Source of the DNA: a virus
IMG/VR virus record: IMGVR_UViG_3300032242_001844
DNA length: 64,000 nucleotides
Direction: 5' to 3' (one strand)
Position numbers and translations under genes: made by a program. The notes beneath the pieces are model-generated. The model worked only from the letters and a program-made list of their open reading frames with translations, was not told the DNA's origin and ran no database searches. Within the stretch, counting starts at the first letter, position 1. Each line of letters starts with the position of its first letter. Of this stretch, positions 1 to 9,966 are shown piece by piece.

Positions 1-3000
1 ATAACTGCTGCCAATAGTGCAATTTCTACTTTAACAAGTAATGCCGCAAGTCAAGCAAGCGACATCACAATTCTTTATAGCAATGCAGCTACTCAAGCAA
101 ACTTGATCTCTGTAATTAATGCAAATATTACCGCTGCCAATAGTGCAATTCTTACAATTAATAATAATGTCACTGCTGCTAATAGTTCAATTTCTACATT
201 GCAAACACAAGTTTATAGTAATACTAATGTTGCTGCTTACTTACCAACATATAGTGGTAACTTTACCGCAAATAATGTTGTATTGAGCGGTAATCTTACT
301 GTAAATGGTTCAACAACAACCATTAATGCAAACAGTATTATTATTAATGACAACATAATTTATGTTGCAAATAGCAACCCAAGTTATAGCATAGATATTG
401 GTTTTGTTGGTCACTTTACTGCTGGAACATATCAGCATACTGGTCTTGTTCGTCAGGCAAGTAGCAATGTATGGAAGCTGTTTAGTAATATAAGCGCAGA
501 ACCAAGCAGTGTAATTGATTTTACAAATGCAGTTTATGATAGTTTACAGACTGGCGCAATCATCAGTCCAACTATCACTGACATTTATAGCAATCTTGGA
601 ATACTAACAGTAAACGCTGGTGCACAAGCAAATAGTTTAACTACGCTGAACAATTCAGTTGTCACGCTTGCATCTACTGTTGCTACGATTCAAGCAGGAA
701 CTGGTTTTGCTACTACGCAACAAATTCAAGCAGCAAATAGTTCTATTACAACACTAAATGCTAATTTAAACGCTGCTAATATAAACATTACTAATCTTCA
801 AAGTAATACTGGAACTATTGCAAGCAATGTGAATACACTATTCACAAATGTAGGTGGCCTTTCTACAAATATTTCAACACTATTTGCTAATGCGGCAAGT
901 CAAGCAAGCGATATTGCAACACTTTATAGCAATGCTGCAAGCCAAGCAACAACACTTAATACACTTATAAGCAACGCTGCTACACAAGAAAGTGAAATTG
1001 CATTACTTAACGCAAACCTTACAGCAGCAAATAGTGCAGCAGTTACTGCAAACAATGCTGTCACTGCATATGCAAATAGTTTAAACAGTACAATGACTGC
1101 AAACATTGTTTCAACTAACTCTCGTGTAACAGTTCTTGAAGGCAATGTTGTTAGTATCAATAATACACTTGTTGGTCTTGTTGGTGGTGCATTTAGTTAT
1201 GGAAATGCTAATGTTGCTACATACTTGCCACAATATAATGGTAATATAACTGCTGGTAATATTATTGTTAGTGCAAATATTAGTGCTACTAACCTTTTAG
1301 GTAGTGGACAATATCTTACTGGATTGTCAAATAATAGTACGATAACTTCAATCAATGCAAATATAACTGCAGCAAATAGCGCAATTTCTACTTTAACAGG
1401 TAATGCCGCAAGCCAAGCAAACGATATTAATACCCTATATTCAAATGCTGCTACACAAGCTAATTTGATCTCTGTAATTAATGCAAATATAACTGCAGCA
1501 AATAGCGCAATTTCTACTTTAACAGGTAATGCTACAAGCCAAGCAAACGATATTAATACCCTATATTCAAATGCTGCTACACAAGCTAATTTGATCTCTG
1601 TAATTAATGCAAATATAACTGCAGCAAATAGCGCAATTTTTACATTGCAAACTCAGGTTTACAGTAATAGCAATGTTGCTACATACTTGCCAACTTATAG
1701 TGGCAATTCAAATGCTGCTTTTTTCACAGGCAATGGATATTATCTTACAGGTCTACCTGCAACTTATGGTAATACACAAGTAAGTGCTTACTATGTTGCC
1801 AATACTGTTGCAACAGGAAATGTTCAAATCTTGAATAACGGCAATATAAGATTGCCAACTGGTGGTGTTATAAACGAATCTCAAGGAACTGGAACTATTA
1901 CGCTTGTTCCAAATACTACTGCAAGTGCTACTGCGGGTGTTGTAATTGGTGGCAGTGGATACCTATTATCTGCAAATGGTTCAAGAAATGCTACATTAAA
2001 TTATGGTTCAGTTAGTGGACAATTTGGTATCTACCAATTAAATGTTTATGGTAATCAACAAAATGCAATTGTCAATGGTGGTTCAAATAACTATGGCAAC
2101 ATTGGTAGCATAAGCACATTCTTTGGTAATGCTTTTGTATCTAACATTTACTCACAAAACTATTTGTATCCTAATGGAACATCAATACTTTCTGGTATTG
2201 GCGGAACATATAGTAACAGCAATGTTGCAAGTTATCTTCCAACTTATAGTGGTAACTCAAATGCCGCATTTTTTACAGGTAATGGTTATTATCTAACAGG
2301 TATTACAAGTGGTTCAACATATAGCAATACCAATGTTGGTTACTATTTAAACAGCAATGTGATCACAAGTAATATTACAATTCAAGGTAATATCAATACT
2401 ATTGGTAATATTTTTGCAAACACGATCACTGCAACAAACACATTTAATGTTGGAAATATTACAACAACTGGCACTGCTGGTAACTTAACTGGTAGCGGTT
2501 ATGTTGTTGCTGGTAACTTGGTAGCAAATACCAATGTGTATGCTAACGGTTTCTATTGGTTGAACAATGGTGCTGCATTCAGCAGTGGAACAACTTACGG
2601 CAACACACAAGTTGGATATTATTTAAACAGCAATCTTATTACTTCAACTGTTTCTATAACTGGCAATGTTATTGCTAACGCAGTTTATGCTAATAGTTTC
2701 CTTTATAGCAACGGTGTTGCTTATAGTAGTGGTAGTGGTTCAACTTATAGTAATTCTAATGTTGCGGGTTATATGCCAACTTATACAGGCAATGTCAACG
2801 CTGGTAACATTATTCTTACTAATCTTGGAAATATTATAGCAGCTACTAATTCTAACCTATCAATACGCACTTATGGGTTGTATAACATCCTTACAATATA
2901 TAATGTTGCTGGTGGATATAACTCTCCGCCTTACACTAACCAATCACTTACTGGTGGCAATGGTAGCGGTATGCTTGCATCGTATAGCTCGGTTGGAGGT

Positions 3001-4053
3001 TATATCTCAACTATTACTGTAACTAATCCTGGAACTGGCTATAAAAATGGTGATATTTTAACGGTTCCTGGTGGACTTGGTTCTACGGTAATTTTAAGTA
3101 ATTACAACCAAAATGTTACTACAAGTAAAGCATACAACTGGACATTTAGTACATATGATGGGAATATAACTGTTCCTGGTAATATTATAATGCCAAGCAA
3201 TAGTTACATTCTTGGCGATTTTACTAATTCAACATTTGGTTATAGAACAGCATTTCAAACAATAACTGCTAACAGCAGCACAGGTATCTATGCTCTACCA
3301 AGTGGAACAAGTACTGGCGCAAGTTGGCAAGCAGTTGCTAACAGTAACCCAAATAATGCAAGTAAAATCTTCATGGCTACTAACAGCAACATTGATGTTC
3401 AGTTAGGTAGTGGCATCAATGGAACTGGTACATATCTACCATTAAGTTTCTATAATAATAATGCTTCACAGATGGTGATCTATCCAAACGGCAATGTTTA
3501 CATGAGCAATGCTAATCCGATTACTACAAGCGGCAATGTGAGTGTCGGTAACCTTGTTGCAACGGGCAATGTTACTGCAAATTATATTATAACAACTGGT
3601 TCGTATGGTAACATCAGTGGCGCAAATGTTATTACCGCAAATACATTTATTGGAACAACTGCTACGATTAGTGGAAATCTTTATAGCTCAAGTGTTACTG
3701 GTAAGAGTGCCGCAATCGTAGCACAAAATACAGCAGTTACAATGGATAATATTAAAGTTCAATGGTTGAACAATGGTAGTGCTAATGCTAACCAACTACA
3801 AATTGGTAGCTTAAGTGGCACACCAAGTATACTTTACACTTATGTTTACCAATCTGGATTAGGTGGTGGAACAACTGGTGGCAGTAGCAGCACATCATTA
3901 AGCACAACTTATGCTAATATCGGTAGCACAAGCGGAACCGCTGGTGACATGTATATGGTAACTGCAACTGTTGGGACAAATGCTTATCGTGTTAGTGCAA
4001 TTACTGGTAGTGGTTATAGTAATAACCTAATTAGTATTGAGAGATTGGTGTAA
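1..4053 (+). CDS. Long tail-fibre-like protein (coiled-coil N-terminal part, Asn/Thr/Gly-rich beta repeats), 5'-truncated by window
   Basis: Frame is open from base 1; heptad-like NAASQA repeats, then YSNSNVAxYLPTYSGN repeats. Confidence 0.75.
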   Translation: MTAANSAISTLTSNAASQASDITILYSNAATQANLISVINANITAANSAILTINNNVTAANSSISTLQTQVYSNTNVAAYLPTYSGNFTANNVVLSGNLTVNGSTTTINANSIIINDNIIYVANSNPSYSIDIGFVGHFTAGTYQHTGLVRQASSNVWKLFSNISAEPSSVIDFTNAVYDSLQTGAIISPTITDIYSNLGILTVNAGAQANSLTTLNNSVVTLASTVATIQAGTGFATTQQIQAANSSITTLNANLNAANINITNLQSNTGTIASNVNTLFTNVGGLSTNISTLFANAASQASDIATLYSNAASQATTLNTLISNAATQESEIALLNANLTAANSAAVTANNAVTAYANSLNSTMTANIVSTNSRVTVLEGNVVSINNTLVGLVGGAFSYGNANVATYLPQYNGNITAGNIIVSANISATNLLGSGQYLTGLSNNSTITSINANITAANSAISTLTGNAASQANDINTLYSNAATQANLISVINANITAANSAISTLTGNATSQANDINTLYSNAATQANLISVINANITAANSAIFTLQTQVYSNSNVATYLPTYSGNSNAAFFTGNGYYLTGLPATYGNTQVSAYYVANTVATGNVQILNNGNIRLPTGGVINESQGTGTITLVPNTTASATAGVVIGGSGYLLSANGSRNATLNYGSVSGQFGIYQLNVYGNQQNAIVNGGSNNYGNIGSISTFFGNAFVSNIYSQNYLYPNGTSILSGIGGTYSNSNVASYLPTYSGNSNAAFFTGNGYYLTGITSGSTYSNTNVGYYLNSNVITSNITIQGNINTIGNIFANTITATNTFNVGNITTTGTAGNLTGSGYVVAGNLVANTNVYANGFYWLNNGAAFSSGTTYGNTQVGYYLNSNLITSTVSITGNVIANAVYANSFLYSNGVAYSSGSGSTYSNSNVAGYMPTYTGNVNAGNIILTNLGNIIAATNSNLSIRTYGLYNILTIYNVAGGYNSPPYTNQSLTGGNGSGMLASYSSVGGYISTITVTNPGTGYKNGDILTVPGGLGSTVILSNYNQNVTTSKAYNWTFSTYDGNITVPGNIIMPSNSYILGDFTNSTFGYRTAFQTITANSSTGIYALPSGTSTGASWQAVANSNPNNASKIFMATNSNIDVQLGSGINGTGTYLPLSFYNNNASQMVIYPNGNVYMSNANPITTSGNVSVGNLVATGNVTANYIITTGSYGNISGANVITANTFIGTTATISGNLYSSSVTGKSAAIVAQNTAVTMDNIKVQWLNNGSANANQLQIGSLSGTPSILYTYVYQSGLGGGTTGGSSSTSLSTTYANIGSTSGTAGDMYMVTATVGTNAYRVSAITGSGYSNNLISIERLV
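1354..1638 (+). repeat. Tandem 126-bp (42-aa) near-identical coding repeat, ~2.3 copies
   Basis: aatgcaaatataactgcagcaaatagcgca recurs at 1354, 1480, 1606. Confidence 0.9.
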
Positions 4054-4784
4054 TGTCACTTGTAGTTGGACCTGGTATTACGATTGAGGGTGGTATATCC
4101 GTTGCACCAAGTCTTCCATTTACAGGTATAGTTGGCAGTTTACTATTTGCTGGTGGCAGCACAAGTCATGCTGGTTCTTATTTAAGTTTGGTGCCAGGCA
4201 TTACTATTGGTGGTGGTGCGTACTGTATAGAAGGTTGGTTTAGATTACCTAACTTTACACAAGCATATGGTATAATGGGTGCTAATGCCGATTATGGATT
4301 GAGTTTATTCGTTACCAATTCAACAAATATTTCAACAGACAGCTATGGTGGACGAGGATCATTTGCTTATACTGTGCCTACAATGAGTATCAATACTTGG
4401 TATTATTTTGCTCTTACTAGAAATAGTAGTAACAAAGAAACACTATTTTTAGGAAGCACTGCTGGCGGAACTGCTACAAGAAGCACCTCTGGTCTAAACA
4501 CAAATACCTTAAATTATAATACTTCGGGTAATACCACTAACGATATTGCAACATACTATGGTCAAGAGTGGCCAGGTTATCTTACCAACATTCGTGTCAT
4601 AAATGGTTCAACACCATATGATCCTAATTTAACAAGTATAACTGTTCCTAATTCAGCACTTACTGCTATTACAAATACACAATACTTGATGCTTGGTGAT
4701 ACTATTACTGGTGATGCAAGCGGTGTTCAAACTGTTACATCTCACGGAACAGTATCACAAAGTTCATCACAAAAACCGTTTTAA
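4053..4784 (+). CDS. Concanavalin A/LamG-like virion protein
   Basis: CIEGWF, WYYFALTR, GYLTNIRV motifs. Confidence 0.7.
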   Translation: MSLVVGPGITIEGGISVAPSLPFTGIVGSLLFAGGSTSHAGSYLSLVPGITIGGGAYCIEGWFRLPNFTQAYGIMGANADYGLSLFVTNSTNISTDSYGGRGSFAYTVPTMSINTWYYFALTRNSSNKETLFLGSTAGGTATRSTSGLNTNTLNYNTSGNTTNDIATYYGQEWPGYLTNIRVINGSTPYDPNLTSITVPNSALTAITNTQYLMLGDTITGDASGVQTVTSHGTVSQSSSQKPF

Positions 4785-4793
4785 GGATTAACT

Positions 4794-5528
4794 ATGCCAA
4801 ACTTTAACATTGCGGGTGGATGGACAATAGGAAACGGTTGGGGATTACAAAGTTATAGTGGTGGAAATCCTGTTACTGCTGGTCTTGTTATGAACCTTGA
4901 TGCCGCTACCCTATCAGCAAATCCAACAACTTGGACAGATAGCGTAAGTAGTTTGGTATTCACACTTAATAATTCACCTACTTATAGTAGTGCTAATGGT
5001 GGTATATTACAGTTTAATGCTGCAAGTAGTCAGTGGGCATCAAGTCCTAATCAAAGTTTTGGATCACTTTCAAATTGGAGCGTTGAAGTTTGGCATTATT
5101 ATACAGGTAACAATACTGGTCAATTGCCTTGTATTGTTACGGAAACTTTTACTGGTGCAAGTATCAATTTTAACTTGGGTAATGGTAATGGCAGCAGCGG
5201 AAACCTACAAAGTGGTTGGTATAATGGCGGATGGCGAACTACTGCGACTACTTACTCACTGCCCACTACCAATGCTTGGTATCAAATTGTAGGAACTTGG
5301 GATGGTTCAAACAATGTTCTTTATGTAAATAATTCCGTAATAAGCACAGTTGCTGGTTCAGGAACATCATCAAGTAGTGGTAATGGTATAAGATTGATGA
5401 ACCGTTGGGATACTGGTAACTATTGGGACGGAAGTTTAGGCATAGTTCGTATATACAATGGTGCTCTTACTCCTACACAAATTTCACAAAATTATAATGC
5501 TAACAAAACAAGATTTGGTTTGGTATAA
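4794..5528 (+). CDS. LamG-like lectin/glucanase domain virion protein
   Basis: GLVMNLDA, WYQIVGTWDG, RIYNGALT..ISQNYNA motifs. Confidence 0.8.
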   Translation: MPNFNIAGGWTIGNGWGLQSYSGGNPVTAGLVMNLDAATLSANPTTWTDSVSSLVFTLNNSPTYSSANGGILQFNAASSQWASSPNQSFGSLSNWSVEVWHYYTGNNTGQLPCIVTETFTGASINFNLGNGNGSSGNLQSGWYNGGWRTTATTYSLPTTNAWYQIVGTWDGSNNVLYVNNSVISTVAGSGTSSSSGNGIRLMNRWDTGNYWDGSLGIVRIYNGALTPTQISQNYNANKTRFGLV

Positions 5529-5600
5529 CATAAATACCTTTGTCGTTTAAGACTACGGAAAGCCAACCGTTGGCCTAGAACGCCTACAAGGAGAATAAAA

Positions 5601-6407
5601 ATGGCAAAATTTAAGATTCAGAAAAGCGCAACAGTAAACCAATATGCGGACACTAATAATGTTATCGGTGGTACTGGTGGTCTAACAAGTATTAGCGGTA
5701 CTCAAGTTCGTCCTAATGTGTATGTTACTAACGGTGTGGTTAATACTGCTGGCAGCATTCTTCGTTCTAAAGGCAAGAATAAGTTCTTGGTCAACGACAG
5801 TACTTCAATTCAAGACGAATATATTGTCACAGGAAATGCCTATGTAATTACTACTGTAGGCAATACAAATTGGGCAGCACTTGGCGGTCCACAAAGTGCT
5901 GTTGCTGGTGATATTTTCACAGCTACTACAACAATTCCAACATTGACTACTACTGGTGTAGTAAATCTATTAGGTGTTTGCACTCTAGCAAATGTTCCAG
6001 GCGCAAACCTTTCTGCTGGTCAAATGAGCATTGGTGTTGACACTAGCGTTATTTCTTATGGAAATGTTAATGTTTATGTTGGTGGCAGTACTGCCTATGC
6101 ATATGTAACATACTCAACTGCTAATGTTGCTGGTCCAAAAAATCCAGCAGTTGGTGATTATATTCGTGGAACTGGTATTACTGGTAATGTTAAAATTGCA
6201 AGCTTTTCTACAGCAGGTTCATTAGCTAACGCAAATGTTACAATCAATTCACAAACAGTTTCAAATGCTGCTGCTATTTCTAGCATGTATGTTGGTGGGT
6301 ATGCTGCTCGTTTAAGCAACAAGTTTGTTATCGACTTTAATAACAACAAGTATCAGTGGACATTTACTGATCCTACTGCTACAACAGTTCGTATTCCTGG
6401 CATATAA
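5601..6407 (+). CDS. Putative virion structural protein
   Basis: Strong SD (AAGGAG), TAAATA promoter at 5531-5536, own terminator. Confidence 0.6.
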   Translation: MAKFKIQKSATVNQYADTNNVIGGTGGLTSISGTQVRPNVYVTNGVVNTAGSILRSKGKNKFLVNDSTSIQDEYIVTGNAYVITTVGNTNWAALGGPQSAVAGDIFTATTTIPTLTTTGVVNLLGVCTLANVPGANLSAGQMSIGVDTSVISYGNVNVYVGGSTAYAYVTYSTANVAGPKNPAVGDYIRGTGITGNVKIASFSTAGSLANANVTINSQTVSNAAAISSMYVGGYAARLSNKFVIDFNNNKYQWTFTDPTATTVRIPGI

Positions 6408-6429
6408 TTTTAATTAAAATAACAAATAT

Positions 6430-6458
6430 AATAGCAGCCTTCGGGCTGCTATTTTTTT
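6430..6458 (+). terminator. Intrinsic terminator
   Basis: aatagcagcc-ttcg-ggctgctatt hairpin followed by T tract. Confidence 0.9.
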
Positions 6459-6473
6459 ATAAACTTACAATGA

Positions 6474-6481
6474 TATAAATA
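6474..6481 (+). promoter_or_regulatory. T4-type late promoter TATAAATA
   Basis: Exact T4 late consensus; a TAAATA core also precedes genes at 5601, 7978, 11657, 18033, 21701, 26191, 28323, 50763, 53333. Confidence 0.75.
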
Positions 6482-6499
6482 TCCAGTAGGAATTCAAGA

Positions 6500-7198
6500 A
6501 TGACCATTGTTAAAAGAGTTATAGGTAATGACGGCAACCCAGCGCCATATGACATTTACGCTAATGTTGTAACTATTCATGGTAGTTTAAATATTACTGG
6601 CAATACTAGTACCATTGTTACAACTGAAACAAACATTACTGATCATGTCATTACACTAAATGCAGGACTAACTGCAGCAAATGCTCCTAATCCACTTGGC
6701 GCAAGCATCGTGGTTGATCGTGGAACAAGTGCTAATACAGCAATTCAGTGGAGTGAGACAAACGGTTATTGGCAACTTACTAATGATGGCACTACTTATG
6801 CAAAAATTAGTACAGCAGGTACTACGCCAGCGGGTGGTTCCGCCACACAAGTTCAATACAACAATGGTGGATCACTGTTAGGTAATGCAAACTTTACTTT
6901 TAATAATGGAAACTTAAGTGTTTATAACACTATAATTGGTAACGGTAACCTTACTACTGCTGCATCATCAAACCAAGATTTAACTCTTACTGCAGATGGT
7001 ACAGGGCATATCTACATATTAGATGTATTAAAAATTGCATATCAATCTGCTCCAACAAATGTTGCTAGTACAACACAGTTATATGCAAACACTGTAGGTT
7101 CTGGAAACACTGGTTTATATGTGGTAAATAACAATACAACAGATGAATTAATAACTAAAAACCGTGCTTTTGGTCTCGGTTTATTGATGTCATATTAA
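6500..7198 (+). CDS. Tail/baseplate structural protein
   Basis: ITDHVITLN and GGSATQVQYNNGG modules shared with neighbouring fibre proteins. Confidence 0.6.
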   Translation: MTIVKRVIGNDGNPAPYDIYANVVTIHGSLNITGNTSTIVTTETNITDHVITLNAGLTAANAPNPLGASIVVDRGTSANTAIQWSETNGYWQLTNDGTTYAKISTAGTTPAGGSATQVQYNNGGSLLGNANFTFNNGNLSVYNTIIGNGNLTTAASSNQDLTLTADGTGHIYILDVLKIAYQSAPTNVASTTQLYANTVGSGNTGLYVVNNNTTDELITKNRAFGLGLLMSY

Positions 7199-7208
7199 GG
7201 AATAAAAA

Positions 7209-7526
7209 ATGGCAATTGTAAATGCAAATATAGGATTGGCCGCTAATGCAGTTTATACCAGTACTGGTAATACTGTTGTCAGTTTAATGTATTTTTGTAA
7301 TTTTAGTGGCAGCACTAAGATTGCAAATCTTTATCTAGTTCCATCGTCACAAAGCAGTGCTGGTGCACAAAACTATAATCAAGTATATGCTAACTATGCA
7401 ATTACATCAAGTGATACACTTGTAGTAAACCAAGAAAAATTTGTGCTAGGCAATGGCGATGCAATTTATGCTAATGCTAATGCTGCTACTGCAATGACAA
7501 TGACAATAGGATATTTTGCACTATAA
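7209..7526 (+). CDS. Small virion structural protein
   Basis: SD aagga; beta-rich 105 aa in structural operon. Confidence 0.55.
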   Translation: MAIVNANIGLAANAVYTSTGNTVVSLMYFCNFSGSTKIANLYLVPSSQSSAGAQNYNQVYANYAITSSDTLVVNQEKFVLGNGDAIYANANAATAMTMTIGYFAL

Positions 7527-7933
7527 TGGCTACTCTACTTAAAAACGCAACAATTAAATCTGGAAGTGGAGCTGTTCAATTGCCATCAGGCGGAACTGCA
7601 TCTCGTCCAATAAATCCAGTAAACGGTCAAATACGGTATAATACAGATACACAGCGTTTTGAAATTTATTATAATAGTTGGCAAAGCATTGCTATTATTG
7701 GCAATGTAACAATTTATAAAGACACTTTTACTGGTGATGGCGTAACTACTAGTTTTACACTAAGTTATATTCCGCCAAGCAGTTCAAGTATTCTTGTTTT
7801 TGTAGGAAATGTTCCACAAAACCCAGATGATGCATATACTTTAAGTGGTGCAACAATTAATTTTATTACTGCTCCTCCAGCAACACAAAATATTATTATT
7901 TTCCATAAATTTAATTCTACCGACGCCAATTAA
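7526..7933 (+). CDS. Baseplate/tail-fibre-associated protein
   Basis: RPxxPVNGQIRYN and FTGDGVTTSFTLS modules. Confidence 0.6.
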   Translation: MATLLKNATIKSGSGAVQLPSGGTASRPINPVNGQIRYNTDTQRFEIYYNSWQSIAIIGNVTIYKDTFTGDGVTTSFTLSYIPPSSSSILVFVGNVPQNPDDAYTLSGATINFITAPPATQNIIIFHKFNSTDAN

Positions 7934-7977
7934 TTTACATATCTCTAATACCATAAATATCCTGTAAGGTAGTGTAA

Positions 7978-9966
7978 ATGGCAGTTATCGGTAAAATTTC
8001 TGGACAGATGTTGAAAGATAATCTTCTGCGTTATAACACAGATTTGATTATTGACGGCAATTTGATGTATTTTGATACTAACAATCGTCGTGTTGGTATT
8101 CTTAATAATATTCCAGGAAATACTTTATCTGTAAATGGCACGGTTACATTGGGTTGCGTTTATGTAACTGCTGGTAACATTACAAGTTTAAACGGCGATC
8201 TATATCTTGCTAGTATTTACGGAAATGTTAATTTAAATAATAACAGATTAACGAATCTTCCAACTCCATTATATCCTGCCGATGCAGTTACAAAAAGTTA
8301 TGTCGATACTGTTTCTGGCACAGTTGAAGGCAACACTATTATATTAGGATCAAATACTACTGGACAACTAGTTAGTAATGCTGTTAGTTTATCAACTTCA
8401 ACTTATATAACAGATGGCATCGCAAGATTAAATCAAGTTTTAGGAAAACTTGTTCCACCCGCGCCAGGAAATTTTCCTAATAGCGGTGCATTAAGTTTAA
8501 CTGGCCTATCAACTCTTGGTCGTATGACCAACTTTACACAGACCGATAATAGTGGATGGGGCAATTTAAGTGTAGCTGCTGGCACAAGCGTGACCAGCGG
8601 TATTAGAACAAATACCATGACCACTAATACATTTTCTCGCCAAGGACCAGGCGACAGTGGCAATGTTCAAGTTATTGTAAATGGCGTGGCTACTGGCTAT
8701 CGTACAATGGCATCTGGTAACAATAATAACGGAACTTATGGTCAACTTATTATAACTTTAAACCAAGATTATAGTGTTTTAAGTGGCAGTGCTGGTGGAT
8801 TCTGGAGTAGTTTTTCTGCTCAAGGAAGCGGCAGTAACGCAACTGCAGGATGGAATCAAGTATACCTAACTGATTCGGCTGGTGCAAACACCAATGCAGT
8901 TAGTTGGTATTATGATAATAATACGCCTGGCGCACCTGTGTGGAGCAATGCAAGTATTGCTTTAATTTCCAATAGTTCAACTTTTAGTTCAACCGTTCCG
9001 CATCTTAATAGCAGTTCATCTTGGCGTTTAGTTGGAAATGTAGCAAAACTCAGTGGTGATACATATTATACAAGCGATACATTTATTGTTGGTTCTGCTG
9101 GCGGCGCATTTCAGGCACCAACCAGCGTAACTTATACTCAAGCTGGCGTGACAACTCCGCTGGTTCGCAATGCTTATGTATCTAGTGGAAGCGCATATTT
9201 TACAACAACTGCGGCTGGAGTTACTGGATTTGGTAGCAGTTCAACGGGTCCAAGTATGACTGCTTATAATAGTTATAGCACGGCTGCACAGACATTTTCA
9301 CCTGGCGTAACTGTTCTATATAAAACTGGAACATCCACCCAAATTGAAGAATCAAGTTTGACTAATGCGCTATCTACAACTGTATTTCGTATCGTTAATC
9401 CAGATGGCGGAACAGCAAGCGATACTCCAGCATTTACTGGCAGTGAAAGTGCATTTAATAGTCAAACTGGTCCATTTTATACTACTGATGCTACTGTTGT
9501 TGCAACTGTTCTTAAATTTGATCAAACAAATTATAGTTCAGGTTATCAACCAGTGGGTCCAAATTTAAGTGGTCAAGGTGCTGCACAATATTTTACATTT
9601 AAATTTACTAAAGCCGCGCTTGCAAAATTTAACATTCAGTATAGCGGAACAATTGCTGGTCTTTGGGTAGCATTGCCAGGAATATCACCAACTTATAGTA
9701 CATTAAACGGTTGGTATACCATGGGAACTGCATATGCAGGCAGTGGTATTCCAGGCGCAGGCGGCGGTGGAAATGGTTCAAATGGATGTGCGGTCGGTGG
9801 CAATGCTGTATTTGGATCACTTGTTTCAAACGGCAGTTATACTGCAACATTTGGAACAGTTAATACAAGTACCGCTGGAAATATAGGCAATGAAGTTTAT
9901 GTTCGTGTAAAATTAACCAGCGGTCAAAGTTTGACTGCGTTGAGCATACAGGTGGCAACTAACTAA
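7978..9966 (+). CDS. Virion structural (baseplate wedge/tail) protein
   Basis: DAVTKSYVD motif; Ser/Thr/Gly-rich; late promoter upstream. Confidence 0.6.
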   Translation: MAVIGKISGQMLKDNLLRYNTDLIIDGNLMYFDTNNRRVGILNNIPGNTLSVNGTVTLGCVYVTAGNITSLNGDLYLASIYGNVNLNNNRLTNLPTPLYPADAVTKSYVDTVSGTVEGNTIILGSNTTGQLVSNAVSLSTSTYITDGIARLNQVLGKLVPPAPGNFPNSGALSLTGLSTLGRMTNFTQTDNSGWGNLSVAAGTSVTSGIRTNTMTTNTFSRQGPGDSGNVQVIVNGVATGYRTMASGNNNNGTYGQLIITLNQDYSVLSGSAGGFWSSFSAQGSGSNATAGWNQVYLTDSAGANTNAVSWYYDNNTPGAPVWSNASIALISNSSTFSSTVPHLNSSSSWRLVGNVAKLSGDTYYTSDTFIVGSAGGAFQAPTSVTYTQAGVTTPLVRNAYVSSGSAYFTTTAAGVTGFGSSSTGPSMTAYNSYSTAAQTFSPGVTVLYKTGTSTQIEESSLTNALSTTVFRIVNPDGGTASDTPAFTGSESAFNSQTGPFYTTDATVVATVLKFDQTNYSSGYQPVGPNLSGQGAAQYFTFKFTKAALAKFNIQYSGTIAGLWVALPGISPTYSTLNGWYTMGTAYAGSGIPGAGGGGNGSNGCAVGGNAVFGSLVSNGSYTATFGTVNTSTAGNIGNEVYVRVKLTSGQSLTALSIQVATN

